This document shows positions 25,576 through 39,869 of a stretch of DNA of 53,817 nt, one piece after another. Numbering within the stretch: position 1 is the first letter of the stretch; each line of letters begins with the position of its first letter. Origin of the DNA: Rotaria socialis (Eukaryota). Where the stretch lies: contig CAJNYD010000271.1 in assembly GCA_905331295.1 (NCBI GenBank), forward strand, positions 1 through 53,817. Direction: 5' to 3'. The notes under the pieces were generated by a model. That model worked only from the letters and a program-made list of their open reading frames with translations. It searched no databases and was not told where the DNA came from. The position numbers were made by a program, and so were the translations under genes.

Positions 25576-27452
25576 TTAAAATTTACAATTATCAGGAGGC
25601 ATAAATGTTGTACGTTGTTGTTCTTTGCGTTTTTCTTGTAGTCCAGCAAAGAATGTTGTGACATCACTAGCTGTTAATACTCCATCACCATTTGCTTTAT
25701 CGCGAAGAAAATCTCCAAGCGATTTTTTAAATTCATGAATACCTAAAAATTAAAAAAGGCGATTCAAATGAAATTTTCCTTTTTAAATTATGAAGAATAA
25801 AATCTCTTTTTTACCATGTAAAACTTCCAATTTTTTTGCATGATCAAGATTTTTCAATGACTCTGTTAAGATTTTATCTGCATCTAGATTTTCAGTTTTC
25901 GCTAATGACTGCTTTTCGTATTCTTGAATAGCATCGTCATCATTAAATACGATCATAAGGTTTGAATCATCATATAATTTCTAATAATGTTGAAAATTTA
26001 AGAAGAAAACGAAATTAGTACAAATAAACTCTTACTTGACATTGAACACAACGGCATAATCGTTTTCTCCAACCATCACGTAGAAAAATGGTACGAAGTT
26101 CTCGACTATTATTATTGTTTGAAACAAGTAAACATGACGGACTATTACTAGCAGCTAGATTAATAACAACGGAATTCAATGAAATGAAAATAGCATGGAG
26201 AAGTTACCAGCATTGTTTTCTACAGGAGATGAAGTAATTGCAAGAGATTCTAAAAGAGAAAATAATATTTCCATATTATATTATATTCTTTTTTTTTACC
26301 ATCATAATGAATTAAAAATGGATATTTCAATACACATCCTTGACATATCATGTCCGATTGATCAGCTTCATTTTCTTCCATTGGTAATGGAACGCCCAAA
26401 TGCTTAAACAAGAAGTAATGTTTTGAAATTGATTAATAGAAAATGACATCTAAAGATATTATTTACTTGACTGTGAAACCAATCTTCACAGATCATACAT
26501 TGAATCATGGCATCATCATCACCTGTCTATTATGAATAAAAGAAAGCTTATTTGTAATCCTAATTAGTAAATAATCTACCGTTGATTCTTTATCTGGATA
26601 CGGACGTTTACATGTGCAATACAAACCACGAAAATTATCATCATATTTATTAGCTGCATTCGTTGAATCTTTATTCTAAAAAGTAAAATTCATTTTATGA
26701 TGAAGATATTTGCATAGAAATAATCCTAAAGTATGGAGATGTAAAACAGGATTTAGCTGCTGTTCATAATTAAAGGAAGGTTTATTTTAGTCTATATGTA
26801 TTCTGACAAATTATTTCACGGCTATTTCAATCAACCCTTCAAAAATATCATAGGAAAGTCATTGATATATAGAATATCAAGTTGACTCAGAATATTTCCT
26901 CCTATAGCTAATTAAAAATTTGTTTGGTTTTTGGCTGTGTTTCATGGTAGCATTCATTTGTTGCAACAGAGATTTCTTACTGGATAAAGTTTACAGGGTT
27001 GATGACTTAATTTTGAATTTCCACAATCGCATCGAAAAAATCTAAAAAATGGAAGTTTTCTTCCGTAAATATTCCTATCCAACATCAAGTAAACTGCCTA
27101 CCGTCGCGTATATAGTTCATTAACTTCATGATTACTATGACAATGAAATGCACATGCCGCACAAACACCAGCTAATTGCTCATTATTATTATTATAACAA
27201 GTCATGCAAACAAATAAAGCTTGCCGGTGTACATATCCCTGAAGAACAATAAATTTTAGTTTTACTATGATTCTACTTGTTTTTTAAAGTATACATCACC
27301 TGTGAGTATGTACATGTATCCGTATCACAATTACCATAGAGTGCACGTTCTCGATCTAGTTCTGCTTCTTCATCATCGATTTGTTCAAGTAGTTCACTGC
27401 ATGTTACTATGTTTTCTTCATCATCATTGGTTGTCACTTGATTAGTAGACAT
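25576..27452 (-). CDS. UBR7: E3 ubiquitin ligase UBR7 (UBR box + PHD), multi-exon; not captured by the ORF track
   Basis: MSTNQVTTNDDEENIVTCSELLEQID...GNCDTDTCTYSQGYVHRQALFVCMTC...AGVCAACAFHCH..HEVNELYTRR.FRCDCGN..., NKYDDNFRGLYCTCKRPYPD, MIQCMICEDWFH, MICQGC; ends ...MPPDNCKF* at 25576. Confidence 0.93.
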
Positions 27453-28566
27453 TGAATTTTTCTAGTACAACAAAATAAAAATCATAGATATAAAAGACTT
27501 AGCAACAGAAAAACTATTTTTTGTTATGAAATTCAACATTAAACGAGAAAAAAATAGTTTCACATTCGTCTTCATATTATTCTAAAAAGTCAGAGTTTTA
27601 AATTGAGACATAGATTGGAATATTCTAAGCATTGTAGAAAATATTATTATTGCACAAGAATTGATTCTTTTTTTAATTCATTGTAAAAGAAAGCTTAGTA
27701 TTCAGTTTTCATTGGCCTTGACACTGTATAAAATGTTGATTTCCTGATTGTCTTTCAGCGAAGAATCGTTTCTTTTGCTCTAGCATTCGATAGATTTGTT
27801 AACATTTTAATAATTCAATTCTTTCTTGATTTACACGAAGAAACAATTGATTGAAACACTTTCAAGATTTTTCTTTAAAATATACCGACATTTCCGATGA
27901 TACATCTTCGACAGTATAACATAGCTGTTTTTTCATATATTCATTTCAACGAAGTGTAACTAAGATCTTTTGTCACATGTTAATATACGAATGCATATGA
28001 ACATTATCCATTCGAGAACGAGAGTACCACAGGAAAGTTTCTTCGAATGAGTCTCGAAAATTTAAAATTGTTCTAGTATACACTGTGACATCAAACTCAA
28101 TTAAAAAAAAAGAAAATCATGAAACTTGTTGTTTTATTTAAATCTGTGTCCAATAATTGAGATTGTTCAATGAAAATACAATTAAGTTTAAATTTTTGCC
28201 TTTTCAACGAGTGCGTTTAATGATGAAATTGCTTCGAGATGAAAGTTGCTTATTTCTTTTCATCAGACAACATTACATACGCTTACCTATATTAGTTCTC
28301 GGTTACTAGTTAAAGTATTTTATTTCGCCGATGTTTAAAAATGTATTTTCTAGAACAAATCAAAGAAAGAGAGAAGATAATAGGTGATGACATGATGTCC
28401 TAGAACAGTGCAGTAGATTAATAGGAAAACAAGAGAAAGTAATAACGTTAAAAACACAACAACAATGATAACAAGGTCATTCATCCGCTTCGGAAGCATC
28501 AGTTGCAAACACACAAACACGCACACATATTTGATGTCTATTTGTTCTTAACTATTGATTGTTCAT

Positions 28567-30994
28567 CTAATCATCATTATCCCATCCTTTGTTCTCTTTT
28601 TGCTTAGGTCCACCAGCTGGCTTAGCACAAATAATTTCATCGACACTTAAAACCGTACAAGCAGCTTTTGTTGCAAATAGAACGGCCCATTTTTTTGTTA
28701 CATATAAATCATATAACTCATTTAATTTAACATCACCTGTTTCATATGTTATATCATTTGATTGAGTTGCTTCAGATTGCATTTGTCCAACAACAAAGCC
28801 CAGATTTGGATTATCATGGTGGCCAACATAAAGCTTAGCCAATATTTCAGTACTTTTAACACCTGAGTTTTCAGCGAGAATTTTTGGTATGTATTCAAAT
28901 GTTTCAGCAAAACGTTGAATAGCATATTGTTCAATACCGGGACATGTACGAGCATATTCCGTAAGTTTAGATGCTAATTCAATTTCCGTTGCACCACCAC
29001 CTGGTAATAAAACTGGATCGCGTGTCAAAGCTTTGAAATTGTTGACAGCATCATCGACAGCTCGTTCACAATCATCAAGAATCTAAATAAAAATTTAAAA
29101 AAAAAGTTTTTAGTGCAATCTCTCGAATATTTAATTTTACAACACAATGTAACTGCTCTTACTAGTCATAGGGAAGTGGTATCAACGAGTATTTCCTGTT
29201 ATTAATATACAATCTTGAATTGTATATCAACTAAGTCTGTGATGATCTGGGACTAGTGTCTATGGGACGTCCAAATTTTTACTACTAGATTTTAAGACTA
29301 TTTTTGTTTTGTTATCAAGTGCAACTTACTTGATCAGTTGATCCACGTAAAATTAATGTTGCAATATGTGATTTAGCATGTTTAAAAATAATAACATGCG
29401 TTTCACCAATTTCATCAACAAAAATTGAATCACATGCACCCATTTCTTCATGTGTTGGTGTACGTAGTTTTGGTAAAACTACGGCATCAATTGTTTTTGC
29501 AACACGGCGTAAATCAAATTTTGATTGTAAACGTACAGCCATTATTTTGTATTTATTTAAAAAGTGAAGAGCCATTTCACCTACTTTACCTCCACTAACA
29601 ATAACATTAATACCAGCATCAGATAATGCTTTTATTTGTATTTCAATACTTGCTTCTTCATCTTTTGAAAAAGCTAATAATTCATCAGCTGATTTTAATA
29701 AAACTGTTCCTTTAGTTTCTGTTACTTGAATATCAATTGGACAACTAAATACAGCAATTCTTGCTTGATTGACTTTTGTTATTTCAGATTCTACTTCACG
29801 TTTTAATGCCATGCCTGGTATCATTGTTGATTGAAGTAAACCTCCACCTAAGATTTTACATATACGAACATTATCAACATTAAATGAACTTGATGAATCG
29901 CTTCCAGTTACTGTTAAACATGCTTTTGTCACTAATTCACCTAAAAATTCATGATAACCAAATAATTTACTTCCAATAGCTGTTTGAAGAACTTTCGAAA
30001 CCACCTTTTCATTGTCACGTAAATTTTCTTTTGTTAAATTAACTTTTATTTCAAATGTTGGTAAGAATTCAAGTGTTTTTTTTAATGCTAAATTATAACC
30101 ATCAATAACTTCACTTGGTGATAGACCCATGCGAAGAAGACTTTCAGCATTTTCAAGTAGTTTAGAACCGAACAGTATCACATAATTTGTACCATCACCG
30201 ATTTCTTTCTCTTGCATATCACTGGCTAACATTAAGATTTTGGCTGCTGGATGAACAACATCAATTTCACGTAGAATTGATGCAGCATCATTGGTAACAA
30301 ATAATTTTTCAATATGATTTATAACCATTTTATTTAAACCATTTGGACCGAAACTTGATGTTGTTGTTTCGCATAGTTCTTTACAAGCGCCAATATTACG
30401 ATAGACAGCTTCCTCAAGACCTAAAAAATACGAACACAAAGATTATTTTAAATTATATTTAACATAGTAAAAATTGCTGAGATCTATTAAGATAATTAGA
30501 ATTTTTCTTTCAAAAAAAGATTTTATTTTTGAATAGCCGAAGTTAAATTAACATTTTTTTTATATGAGAAGAGCCGAAACATGTCAATATACGGTTTTGC
30601 TTCTGTGGGCTATCTTTTCGAAGTTATTCTCATTCTACTAACTATTTGTATTTTTGGCAATATATTGATGAAATTATCGATGTAAGAAAATTGCAATTTC
30701 AAACAATATAATATTCCTCAAATATCAATTGACTTTCCCTGGTCTTGTAGATCAATTATGATCATAAAAGTCCCTACAATTCTGCCTATGATGGATCCTG
30801 GGATTTTTTTCTCATCGGTCGCAAACGGTTTTACAAGTGAACAAAAAATTTCAATAGCTTAATGAATCAATAGCATCTTTTTTGGATTTATCATAGCGAT
30901 CAAAATAGATATTGGCTTGCTTACCATGCATGTATTTTGAACCTTCTTTCATCATTGAAGCGAAACCTGGTGCTTTTGGTACACGTAAAGCCAT
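28567..30994 (-). CDS. CCT8: T-complex protein 1 subunit theta (exons 30994-30925, 30420-29330, 29082-28567)
   Basis: MALRVPKAPGFASMMKEG..GLEEAVYRNI, FGPNGLNKMVINHIEKLFVTNDAA, GDGTN, ETKGTVL, GGGATEIELA, AKPAGGPK...WDNDD. Confidence 0.97.
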
Positions 30995-33900
30995 ATTGAT
31001 TGTTTAATAGATGACGATAAAATTACTTGTATATGTATATCTGAAATTAAAGTAAACCTGATGTTTAATTAAATACATCTAGGTTGTATCTGAAGAATTT
31101 TTTGAAAATAAAAAAGAACGTCTTAGAGAAATGTATAGCTCATAAGTATTTCAAAGTAACTGCTTCTGTGTAATGGTACTAATATTACAGTTATGGTCAA
31201 AATAGAAATTGTTCCATGACATATTTTTTCAAATGTCCTCCTTGTATTTTCAAGACGTTCAGTAGTAGAATAACTTGAAGATATAAATATTTTATCTATC
31301 AGATGAATAGCAATGCCCTAATTCCTAAGTTTCACACTAAATATAACATATATTTGGTAGTTAGGTTCATCGAATGTGGTCAAGTTTACCAATGTCAACT
31401 AGCCAGCTTTGGTCGCCGTTGGATGCTTAGCATGAATGGGTTGTTTTTATTACTACGAATATAAGATCGGCAATTAGAAAACCTAGATATTCGTACGTCC
31501 GTACTCATAACTGTTAAGAGTGAAATTATCATAGAACGGCCTGTACTAAGATTTTTCTCCGTAATGAGACTGGGATTCTCTTTCTAACTCAAGGACGAAT
31601 CATGCCTTCAATGTAATTAAGCTTTAAAAAATGCAATACTTATTTCCTAACATATTGGAATAAATCTAAGTATAAAAACAATTCATCTTCATTACTAGAT
31701 CTTATATCGTGATGATTTTTGAAAACAAATCTATACCGTAGCCAATAGCATCAATATACTTACGAATGGAACTGGTATTGAGATTATTCTAAGAAAAAAA
31801 AAGAATTTCTATTCTACATAAAGTTACAATTAGAATGATGGCCGAACATGGAAGCCACATACATTGATCGCATGTGTCAGCTGTTTACGCCGATCTTATT
31901 CAATCTTGATAGGTATATTATTCGATTCCGTCGAATGTTTTTTCTTCTTTTCAAGATCCAGCTTCAATTAGATTTGCTGTTACTAGTTCAGCGCATCCAA
32001 ATCAATGTTTACGAATTCATGAACCATTCGATTTTTTCTAAAAAAGTTACGTGAATTCATTTTTTTAAACAATTTCACGCGATAAAATGCAAGATTTCAA
32101 TTATTGGTATAAATTTTTCTTTCGTATTTGATGGTGGCCAACACTATCAAAGACTACATTATATTGTTTACATAGGATCTGCCTGTTCATTCAATACACA
32201 CTACGTATCCATTGGCAATATATGTTTGAGTAATAATTAACATTATAATATTTAATGAACAATGATAAAGTATACTACAAACCTTCTCAGCAGTACATAC
32301 AGCATATATGACTGAAACAGGTATGATAATTACTTTTGTTGACTGAAACGTAACGGCCGGTACTAGGTCCATCAAATGATGTTGCAGTAGAAGAAAAAAG
32401 AAGCTTCTTCCAGTTACCATTATTGTTGTTCTACTACTTAGTTTGTTTGATTGGATACAAAATTACAAGTTGCATAGTTTCCTTCACGATAAAAGTAGTT
32501 TATATATTTTCGAAATATATTATGTTAATTACTATCTTCGTAGATTTAATCATTCATAATTCTATGTTATTTCTTTTTTATCATTGACACATGCTGACAT
32601 CTATCAAAAAAGAGAACTTACAAAATATTTTATGAAAAATTAGATCTTGATCATTAGGTTCGCTTTGATAAAACGAATTCAATGATCGACCATGAAGATT
32701 TCCAATTAAAAAAAACTCAAATTTATACAGATTTCTTTGAAGATATTCTACAGCTTTGTAAAAAACAACAACGAAATACTGATGATAATCAACATTTCAC
32801 TAATAAGTTTGATCGTCTATTTCTCATGGAATATTAAACATTAAATTTTTATGTATTCGTTGTGAATTGTCTCACAGAACTAAATGATTCAGAATATAGA
32901 AATATTGATTAACAATGAAAAATACGATTGATAATAAAAAGTATGCGACTCATTAGCCAGAAAGTATTATAATTCGACGTAAAACAAATACTAGCTAAGT
33001 ATGTACAAGTAAATCCTATTAATAAGACGATTCACGTGAAAAACTGTATGAATTTCTAAAACAATAATGACCAATCATGATCAACTCTTCAGGTTGCAAA
33101 TACCTTAAACTTGAATATAACTCTCTAGTGTTGATCAAATTATATGGTGGTAAAATTCACATGATTTTTATTTTCTGATCTAGTAGTTACAAATTGTTTT
33201 AGTCTAGCACTGGAATATAATATTTCTGTTTTTTTGTTTCGAATTTGATAGATGACCTGTTCACATCGATAGAAAAACTAAAGGTATCTAAAAGTAGTTG
33301 AGCATCACGCTTACGTTTAATATTCTTGTTCTTTCGTGCATTTAGTGTGGTAAATTCAAGCTTTCTGATAGAATTGTTTTTGCTGTGTTCATATGATGCA
33401 TAGCGTTCGCAACAAAAAGAAACGAAAACTTTCAACAAAGTATACGGCTATTGTATTTCACTTTTCAATATCGTACGATATTTTCTACATCAATCGAATC
33501 AGTTAATGCTGGTGAATTTTCGCAATTCACAAACTCATTCCTATGAATTAATATTTAAAATTTTAAAGGTATAACATCTACAAAAAGTATTCATTTGAAT
33601 AGCAGCAAAAACTTAGTTTCATTGCCTAATTTTATTTCCAAAGAAATTTTCTTTTCGTGAATAATGAAAAGCATGTTTATTTGGTGTTACTCGATATTTA
33701 AGCTCTAAAAACGACAGCAAGCAATTTTTACGACAGTAACAATTGTGCTATACTTTTATTTTTATTGATTTGTGCATAATGAAGACTGAGTTTTACATGT
33801 CGAAAAACTATATTTGATAGAAAATCAAAAGAATAATTTCCATGAACTTTCTGATTTACTCCAAACGTTTAAAAAGAAACATTTTCAAATGGCAATAAGA

Positions 33901-35507
33901 TCATTGAATACATGAATATTTAAATTTTCCTGTACAAACATAAACGAGAATTTACAGATTTCACGACCTCATCATCAAAGAAACGGAAATAATATATGAT
34001 GTCATAAATATATGACTATTTTCATTTGCACAATACTGTATAGCTAGCCTTAATATTCAACTACTTCTTTATTCGTTGATTGAATATTCAAGAATACTGA
34101 TTTTTTCTTTTCGTAGACAGCAACTTTGACTCATCCTGAGTCACTTTTGTTATTGATTATGCGATGTTTAAAAGGAAGTTGCTCTAGATATTTTCTCCAA
34201 CTTTTCATCGAATGTTGTTTAAAAAACGGAAATGAATGTGGTTTTATTTTCGTTGAGTTACTTGCGCAAGAGTACCGTATGGCAAATATTAAACGACCTA
34301 GGAAATAACACTTTAAAGATGTGTTGTTATAATTGCTCACTATATTGTTCTGTCGATAATTGAGCAAGCTGAAAAATTTTCCTCTTTCAATTTTAAATTA
34401 TTCTTTGTTTACCAGGGAAAAAAATTAATTTTTCTCAATATCCTTAGTCTGATGAGCTAATCGAGATTCAAGGAGATTCGACTCCACTAAAACAGTCCGA
34501 GTATTATTTTTATTTGCATGAAAAAAACAACTTGATTGTTCAAATAGAATGTAATTTCAAAAACTGCCTCAATTAATATTTTTTTGCATCTGTAACTTCG
34601 GTTTATCTGAAGGTGATAACAGATTTTTGTTAAATACTTTACTATATCAGAGTCAGAAATGAATACCATACAAATCATGCGGCCATTCTGGACTCTGCTA
34701 TTGTCTGCGGTGAGTCTACATAATGAGAATATAAAAGAATCGAAGAATCACGTTGTTAGTTTCAAGATTAATCAAAATTATATAATGCAAAGGCAACGCT
34801 GCAACGATCTTCAACTAGTCTAGATAGAAAAAAACGAACTCATCTTCATGGAGAACGGTTAGCGAAGACTTTATATTGTTTTGAAGTACATTATCATCTT
34901 GAAAGATACTTGTACTATTGAATACTAGAAGGAATGAATTAAATAAATTATTATTGATAAACTAATGTCTGCTTCATAATGTTAAGGGAACATCTAAATA
35001 GCAACTTTGTCTGGCAGAGTCTACTCTATGAAATTGGACCGAACATAAAAATTCTCTGGTGATCAATTTTGTTTTAAAATCCAAGAATCTTAAAACAAAA
35101 CACTAAACAGGCAATAGCATAGATTCTTTCATGACATAAAGTGAATATGAAAAAGCGAATTATAGTAAAAAGACAGGTATTTTCAATTTCAATTCACGAT
35201 GCGTCATAACATCGTTATATTCTTTTTATGACTGAACATGAAGAAGCGCTATTTGTTGAAAACGAATATTTGTGAAGAACCATGAAAATCAATTTATGCT
35301 TAAGTTATTCTTATTCTGAGGAAGTAATTTTATAGTTCGATCACTGCTTTCAGAGTATAATAAACGGAAGAATGCATAATTCATAAAAATTTAGCACTGC
35401 ACAATTTAATGAAAAAATATGTATAAATAGTTCCAAATGTATGTTAGTCGACATAGTAGTGAATCAAAACAATATCGAGTGAAATGTATTGCAAGATGGG
35501 TTTCAAT

Positions 35508-35672
35508 CAGAGACGTTCACAGGGCAGGACGGTCCTGTTGTCCTGTCCTGCCCTGTCCTATAGGACAGGATGAGATTTAGATTTTTGTCCTATCTTGCCG
35601 CCCGTCAGGGCCAAGGTAGCCAACAGGACAGGCAAGGACACGAGAAAAAATTATGTCCTGTGTGCGTCTCTG
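35508..35672. mobile_element. hAT-type MITE (165 bp)
   Basis: TIRs CAGAGACGTTCACAGG / CCTGTGTGCGTCTCTG, internal CAGGA/TCCTG repeats, 8-bp flanks GTTTCAAT (35500-35507) and GTTTGAAT (35673-35680), a 7/8 TSD match. Confidence 0.85.
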
Positions 35673-36738
35673 GTTTGAATTTCTATATTCATTTTTCTTT
35701 CCGGAATTAAGTAATATATTAGTTTTGCTTTTTATTAACCACTATATAAAGTTTTGTGTGACTGCCGCTTTTAAAACTAAACCATATTTGTATGTATCTG
35801 ATTTATTCAAATACTCTTTTCTATATCTTTGGATTTCTAAGTCATTTTGCAGTTTTTAGAATGATTTTTTACTAGAAATAATAAATGGAAACAATCGTAT
35901 GTATGACTCCTCTACGGATAGTTTGCTTTGACTGAATTTGTTTAAAGTTTGGACAGCTTATTTTCTCTTGAGATAAATATTGCCAGTGTCTAATTATTTT
36001 TTAATTGAGACTAGAGATTGAAGTCGAGTGAAGGTCCAGTTCTATTGATACCCCTTCTAGAATATGACCGAATAATTTGAATCTTTAACCTCGAAGTATT
36101 TCCTAGTGATTTTTCAGCCTATCCACATCTATTAGAAGTAAAAAACTACACCGAACAATCGATGTGAATACTAATAAAACATATGTTTACATCTTATACT
36201 GAGTTATTTAAGAAACTGAAAAAGATTTTACTACTCGAGAAATTCTACGTTTGAAAAATACATTTCAGCTGATTTCTCGAGAATAAGTGCTCGATACAGT
36301 TGCTAAGCTGGTTGTTAAAAAATTTTCTCATCTTAACAACTCTTGATATGTCTTTTCATATCCAGAGCAATCGATCTTGCTCAGTCAGTCTTATTTATCA
36401 ATTTCACCATATGGTTATATCTGAAGATATGTCGCATCTATTTTAAACATGAAAACCTATCAAAGGCATGCAAAATCATCGAGCCTGTCTATTGAATTAT
36501 TAGAAAGATTTTTTTTTATAGAAATTTACCAAAAGAAAAACTACAAGCATGTTCGTCGTGTAATCAAAAATTACTGAGAATATTGCTTGAGTTTTAATAG
36601 GCGAGGAACTTCTTTATGACTCGTAATAACAATAATAATGAAAGAAAGACTTTTCCTTTTTTGTTTCTTTCGATATTGTTTACATATGCATGTGCCAACT
36701 TCATTTTCCTTTTAATAGTGAGTTGGGCTTACAAAAAA

Positions 36739-37813
36739 ATGAACATAATCGCTGATGAAACATCGAAGTGTTCGGAAATTGTCATCTGCTTCCACTGGAT
36801 GTGGAATGCAAGCTTAAATCCATTTTCTAACTGTGAACCAGCCGTATGGAGATACTATGATAATGTAGACAACATCATGATTGAAGATGCTTTCAGAGCT
36901 GGTGAAACTCATGCAATCTTGGACGAGTACACAATCGATTTCAAACATCAAATACAAATTTGCAATATTGATCAAAACAAACAGCGTCCTATTAAACGAT
37001 TAGAGTGCACCACAAAAGATCAGACCATGCGAGCAGAACGATTTGCTTTCGATCTTATCAATCCTAAACGTCCTTTTTCTGGTTTATACGGATGGATTCC
37101 GCCGTTCATAAAAGAAACAGTAAAATATTTGAAGATCACGAAAGACCAATTGCCTTCAAAAGATAAAGACATTGCTTCCATGATTGTGGCAAAAGCTGCT
37201 GCTGGTATCATTGAACAATCTAAATTGATCGGAAAACAACGTCAAGGCGAAAATTTAGCTGAAAGGTTGCTAGAAAAAAAAGACGCAGGCACAGAAGAAA
37301 TATGGAAGCAGTGCGCTTTTCTGTATTCTTTGGATAGTTTTTTGTATAGAAAAATGAATGAAGCTATGCGATTGGTTGGAGACGACGAGTACAAAGAAGA
37401 ATGGCGACAAAAAGTACGACTATTGGGCCCATTCTGCTTGCTTTTATGGGACAGCCCATTTAGCAAAACAGCAGCGCCACGAGGAAAAGTATTTTATAGA
37501 GGGGCTGACTTGAACGATGATTTGATTTCAATTTTCAAAGACGATTGCGACAAAGAAGTGAAACCCCGACGTTCGTTTCAATCGTTTACTTCTTGCAGTC
37601 GACAAAAGAATATAGCAAAAGTTTACGGTAATGTCTTGTTTATAATGACAATGAAGCATGGCTTTACTGTGAATCTTAAACCATACTCCAAGTTTCCTGA
37701 CGAAGAAGAAGAACTTATTTTCCCAGGTGTTTGCTTTACTATTGATCGTATGAAATTCGATGAAAACGCAAAGAAATATTATATCTACTTAAGTCTTATG
37801 CAACAATTCAGTC
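36739..37813 (+). CDS. WWE-domain + R-S-E type mono-ADP-ribosyltransferase, main coding exon (3' end uncertain)
   Basis: WWE-like WMW...WRYYDNVDNIMIEDAF...YTIDFKHQIQ......KQRPIKR; ART motifs LYS..SFLYRKMNEAMR, FYRG, SFTSCS, SKFPDEEEELIFPG. Likely ATG 36739 after acceptor AG 36717-36718. Splice donor GTAAG at 37814; read-through stop at 37854. Confidence 0.85.
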
Positions 37814-39869
37814 GTAAGTTCATATGTCCCTCCTTCTCAGCTAGTTTTCAATAGTACTTAACCCTCGTTTTCTGATAAATCCCTACGCCTAGTTTCCGAG
37901 AAGTAAACGTAGGAAATTGCGAGAATTACTTTTGATTTGAAACTTGTACATTCAATCCAACTAATGAAGCGTTAGAAATTTTCTTGTATATTTTTTGGTC
38001 ATTTTTCTGTTTTCAAGTGATGAAGATTTTACGGCAATTTTCATTCTATGAGTTTAAAGAATCTTTCAGGCTGTCTAAAATCGAATCTTAAGTCTAAAAA
38101 TTGCTAATAGAAAGTGCTTGTAGACATCAGAAGTTCTTCTTTTGAAAGTTTGAACTGTGGAGGAAAAACATACTTCTTAAAATAGCCATTTATAATAAAA
38201 ATGTTCTTGTATTATAACAGAACTTACAACAAATATCTACTCAAAATGATAATATACTCGTAAGGATGATTTTGAAGTAGTAGCGTATGAGGGAATTGCA
38301 ATTTTTCGCTTGTTCTATAGAAGCTTCGTCTTAATGAAAGCAGAATTTAAGTAAAAAGAAAATATATTTACATATATTATTATTGATTAAGTGTCGAAAC
38401 ATCAGTAGAACATCATGCGTTGCACATCCTGCTAAAACAAATGAACTATAACTTGAGAAATTTTGAGTATTTTGACACAAAATCTTATTTATATTACTGA
38501 TAATATCTTCTTCTTTTGCTTTCTGAATTTTTTCGCAGTTTACTATGCTTTGTATTTCATTATCTATGCTTGATATAATCGATTACTTCATATAGATTTA
38601 TTATCCACATTGAAATGTCAAAAGGAAACGATTCCCTTGACAAAACGTAATGTAAGGATATTTTTAAATGAAACAGTGTCCGAAGAAATATGCTAATTGA
38701 TAAGATACGTCATAGGTAATACTCTGCAGCAAGAAATAGGTGCATCTGTTCCATAATAACGCGATCCAAATCAAACTCTGATATATTCTGCATTCGTGAT
38801 TCGAACCTATTCTTTCATGTTTTGTCATGGTTTTTAATCATCAAATAATGAATACGAATTGATTTAGACTTTCACTGATTTTTATAACAGCCTCATATCT
38901 TCTTAATGTTCTTTCAGTACCAGAAAGCAAAATCTTGAAATCTCAACGTTCCTTATATACATAACCAGAGAAGATATCAATGATATTCCAGATCATTTCT
39001 AGCCAGTCTAATTTCCTCGAGGTTTTAGCACGTATATCCCAATCGATTTACTTCTGTTTGAGTTTTCATCGTAGTCGATTATATGATTTATTCTTTGTCT
39101 TAATGCGACAGTAAAAACGATTTTGATTGGAAGTCTTTTGAGCAACCTAAAGCATATTTAAATATGTTCAGGATAAAGATCACGGAAAACTCTGATTGGT
39201 ATATTTTACCCAGACGCCAACTTGCATCCTTGAGAATCGAAGTAGCAAAACATAATAAACGAACCCAAAGTTCAAGATCAAACATATACAGTATCAATAG
39301 TTATATCGCTCATCTGCTGATAAACCGATAGCCTCTACTGGTCAGTACAAGATAAACAACTAACATAGAATTAAACCTAAATCTGTCACAGTCTTATGAG
39401 AATAGATTTGAATTTAATAGATGTTCTAACAGTGAGTTTTGGCCTTTAAAACTCTTCAATTTTCTGTTTTATTCGTGTGGAAACAATGTGATTTTACATT
39501 TCGAATTCAACTGCTACAGAAAAAAAATTCTACCGAATGTAGAATTTTAGAGATATATTAACTTAAAGTACACAAGACTAATTAACAACAATAATCAAAA
39601 ACTTAAGTGAACATTACTGACTTATGCATGCATAAATATATCTATATCCATCTTACAATAGGAACAGATCTTCACGAACTAGCAACTGAATCGACCAAAG
39701 CTGCCTTTCCAAAACCAAATGCACACTATTCAAACACACCCATGATTCCTAGAAGTACAAAAACTCTATATCGATAGTAAAGTTACACGATACGAGTACA
39801 GAACTATGCTCAGAAACATTCTAATGTCGCATTTATTCATACCGTCTGACAGCCTATGATTATTATTAA

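Noticed and set aside
31100..35400. Short ORFs (60-80 aa) in the CCT8-ART intergenic region
   Set aside because: No domain signatures or consistent exon structure; expected by chance in AT-rich DNA.
36616..36738. Hydrophobic N-terminus of ORF 36616..37854 as a signal or TM anchor for the ART
   Set aside because: It is translated from a T-rich tract ending in an acceptor AG (36717-36718); most likely intron or outron sequence.
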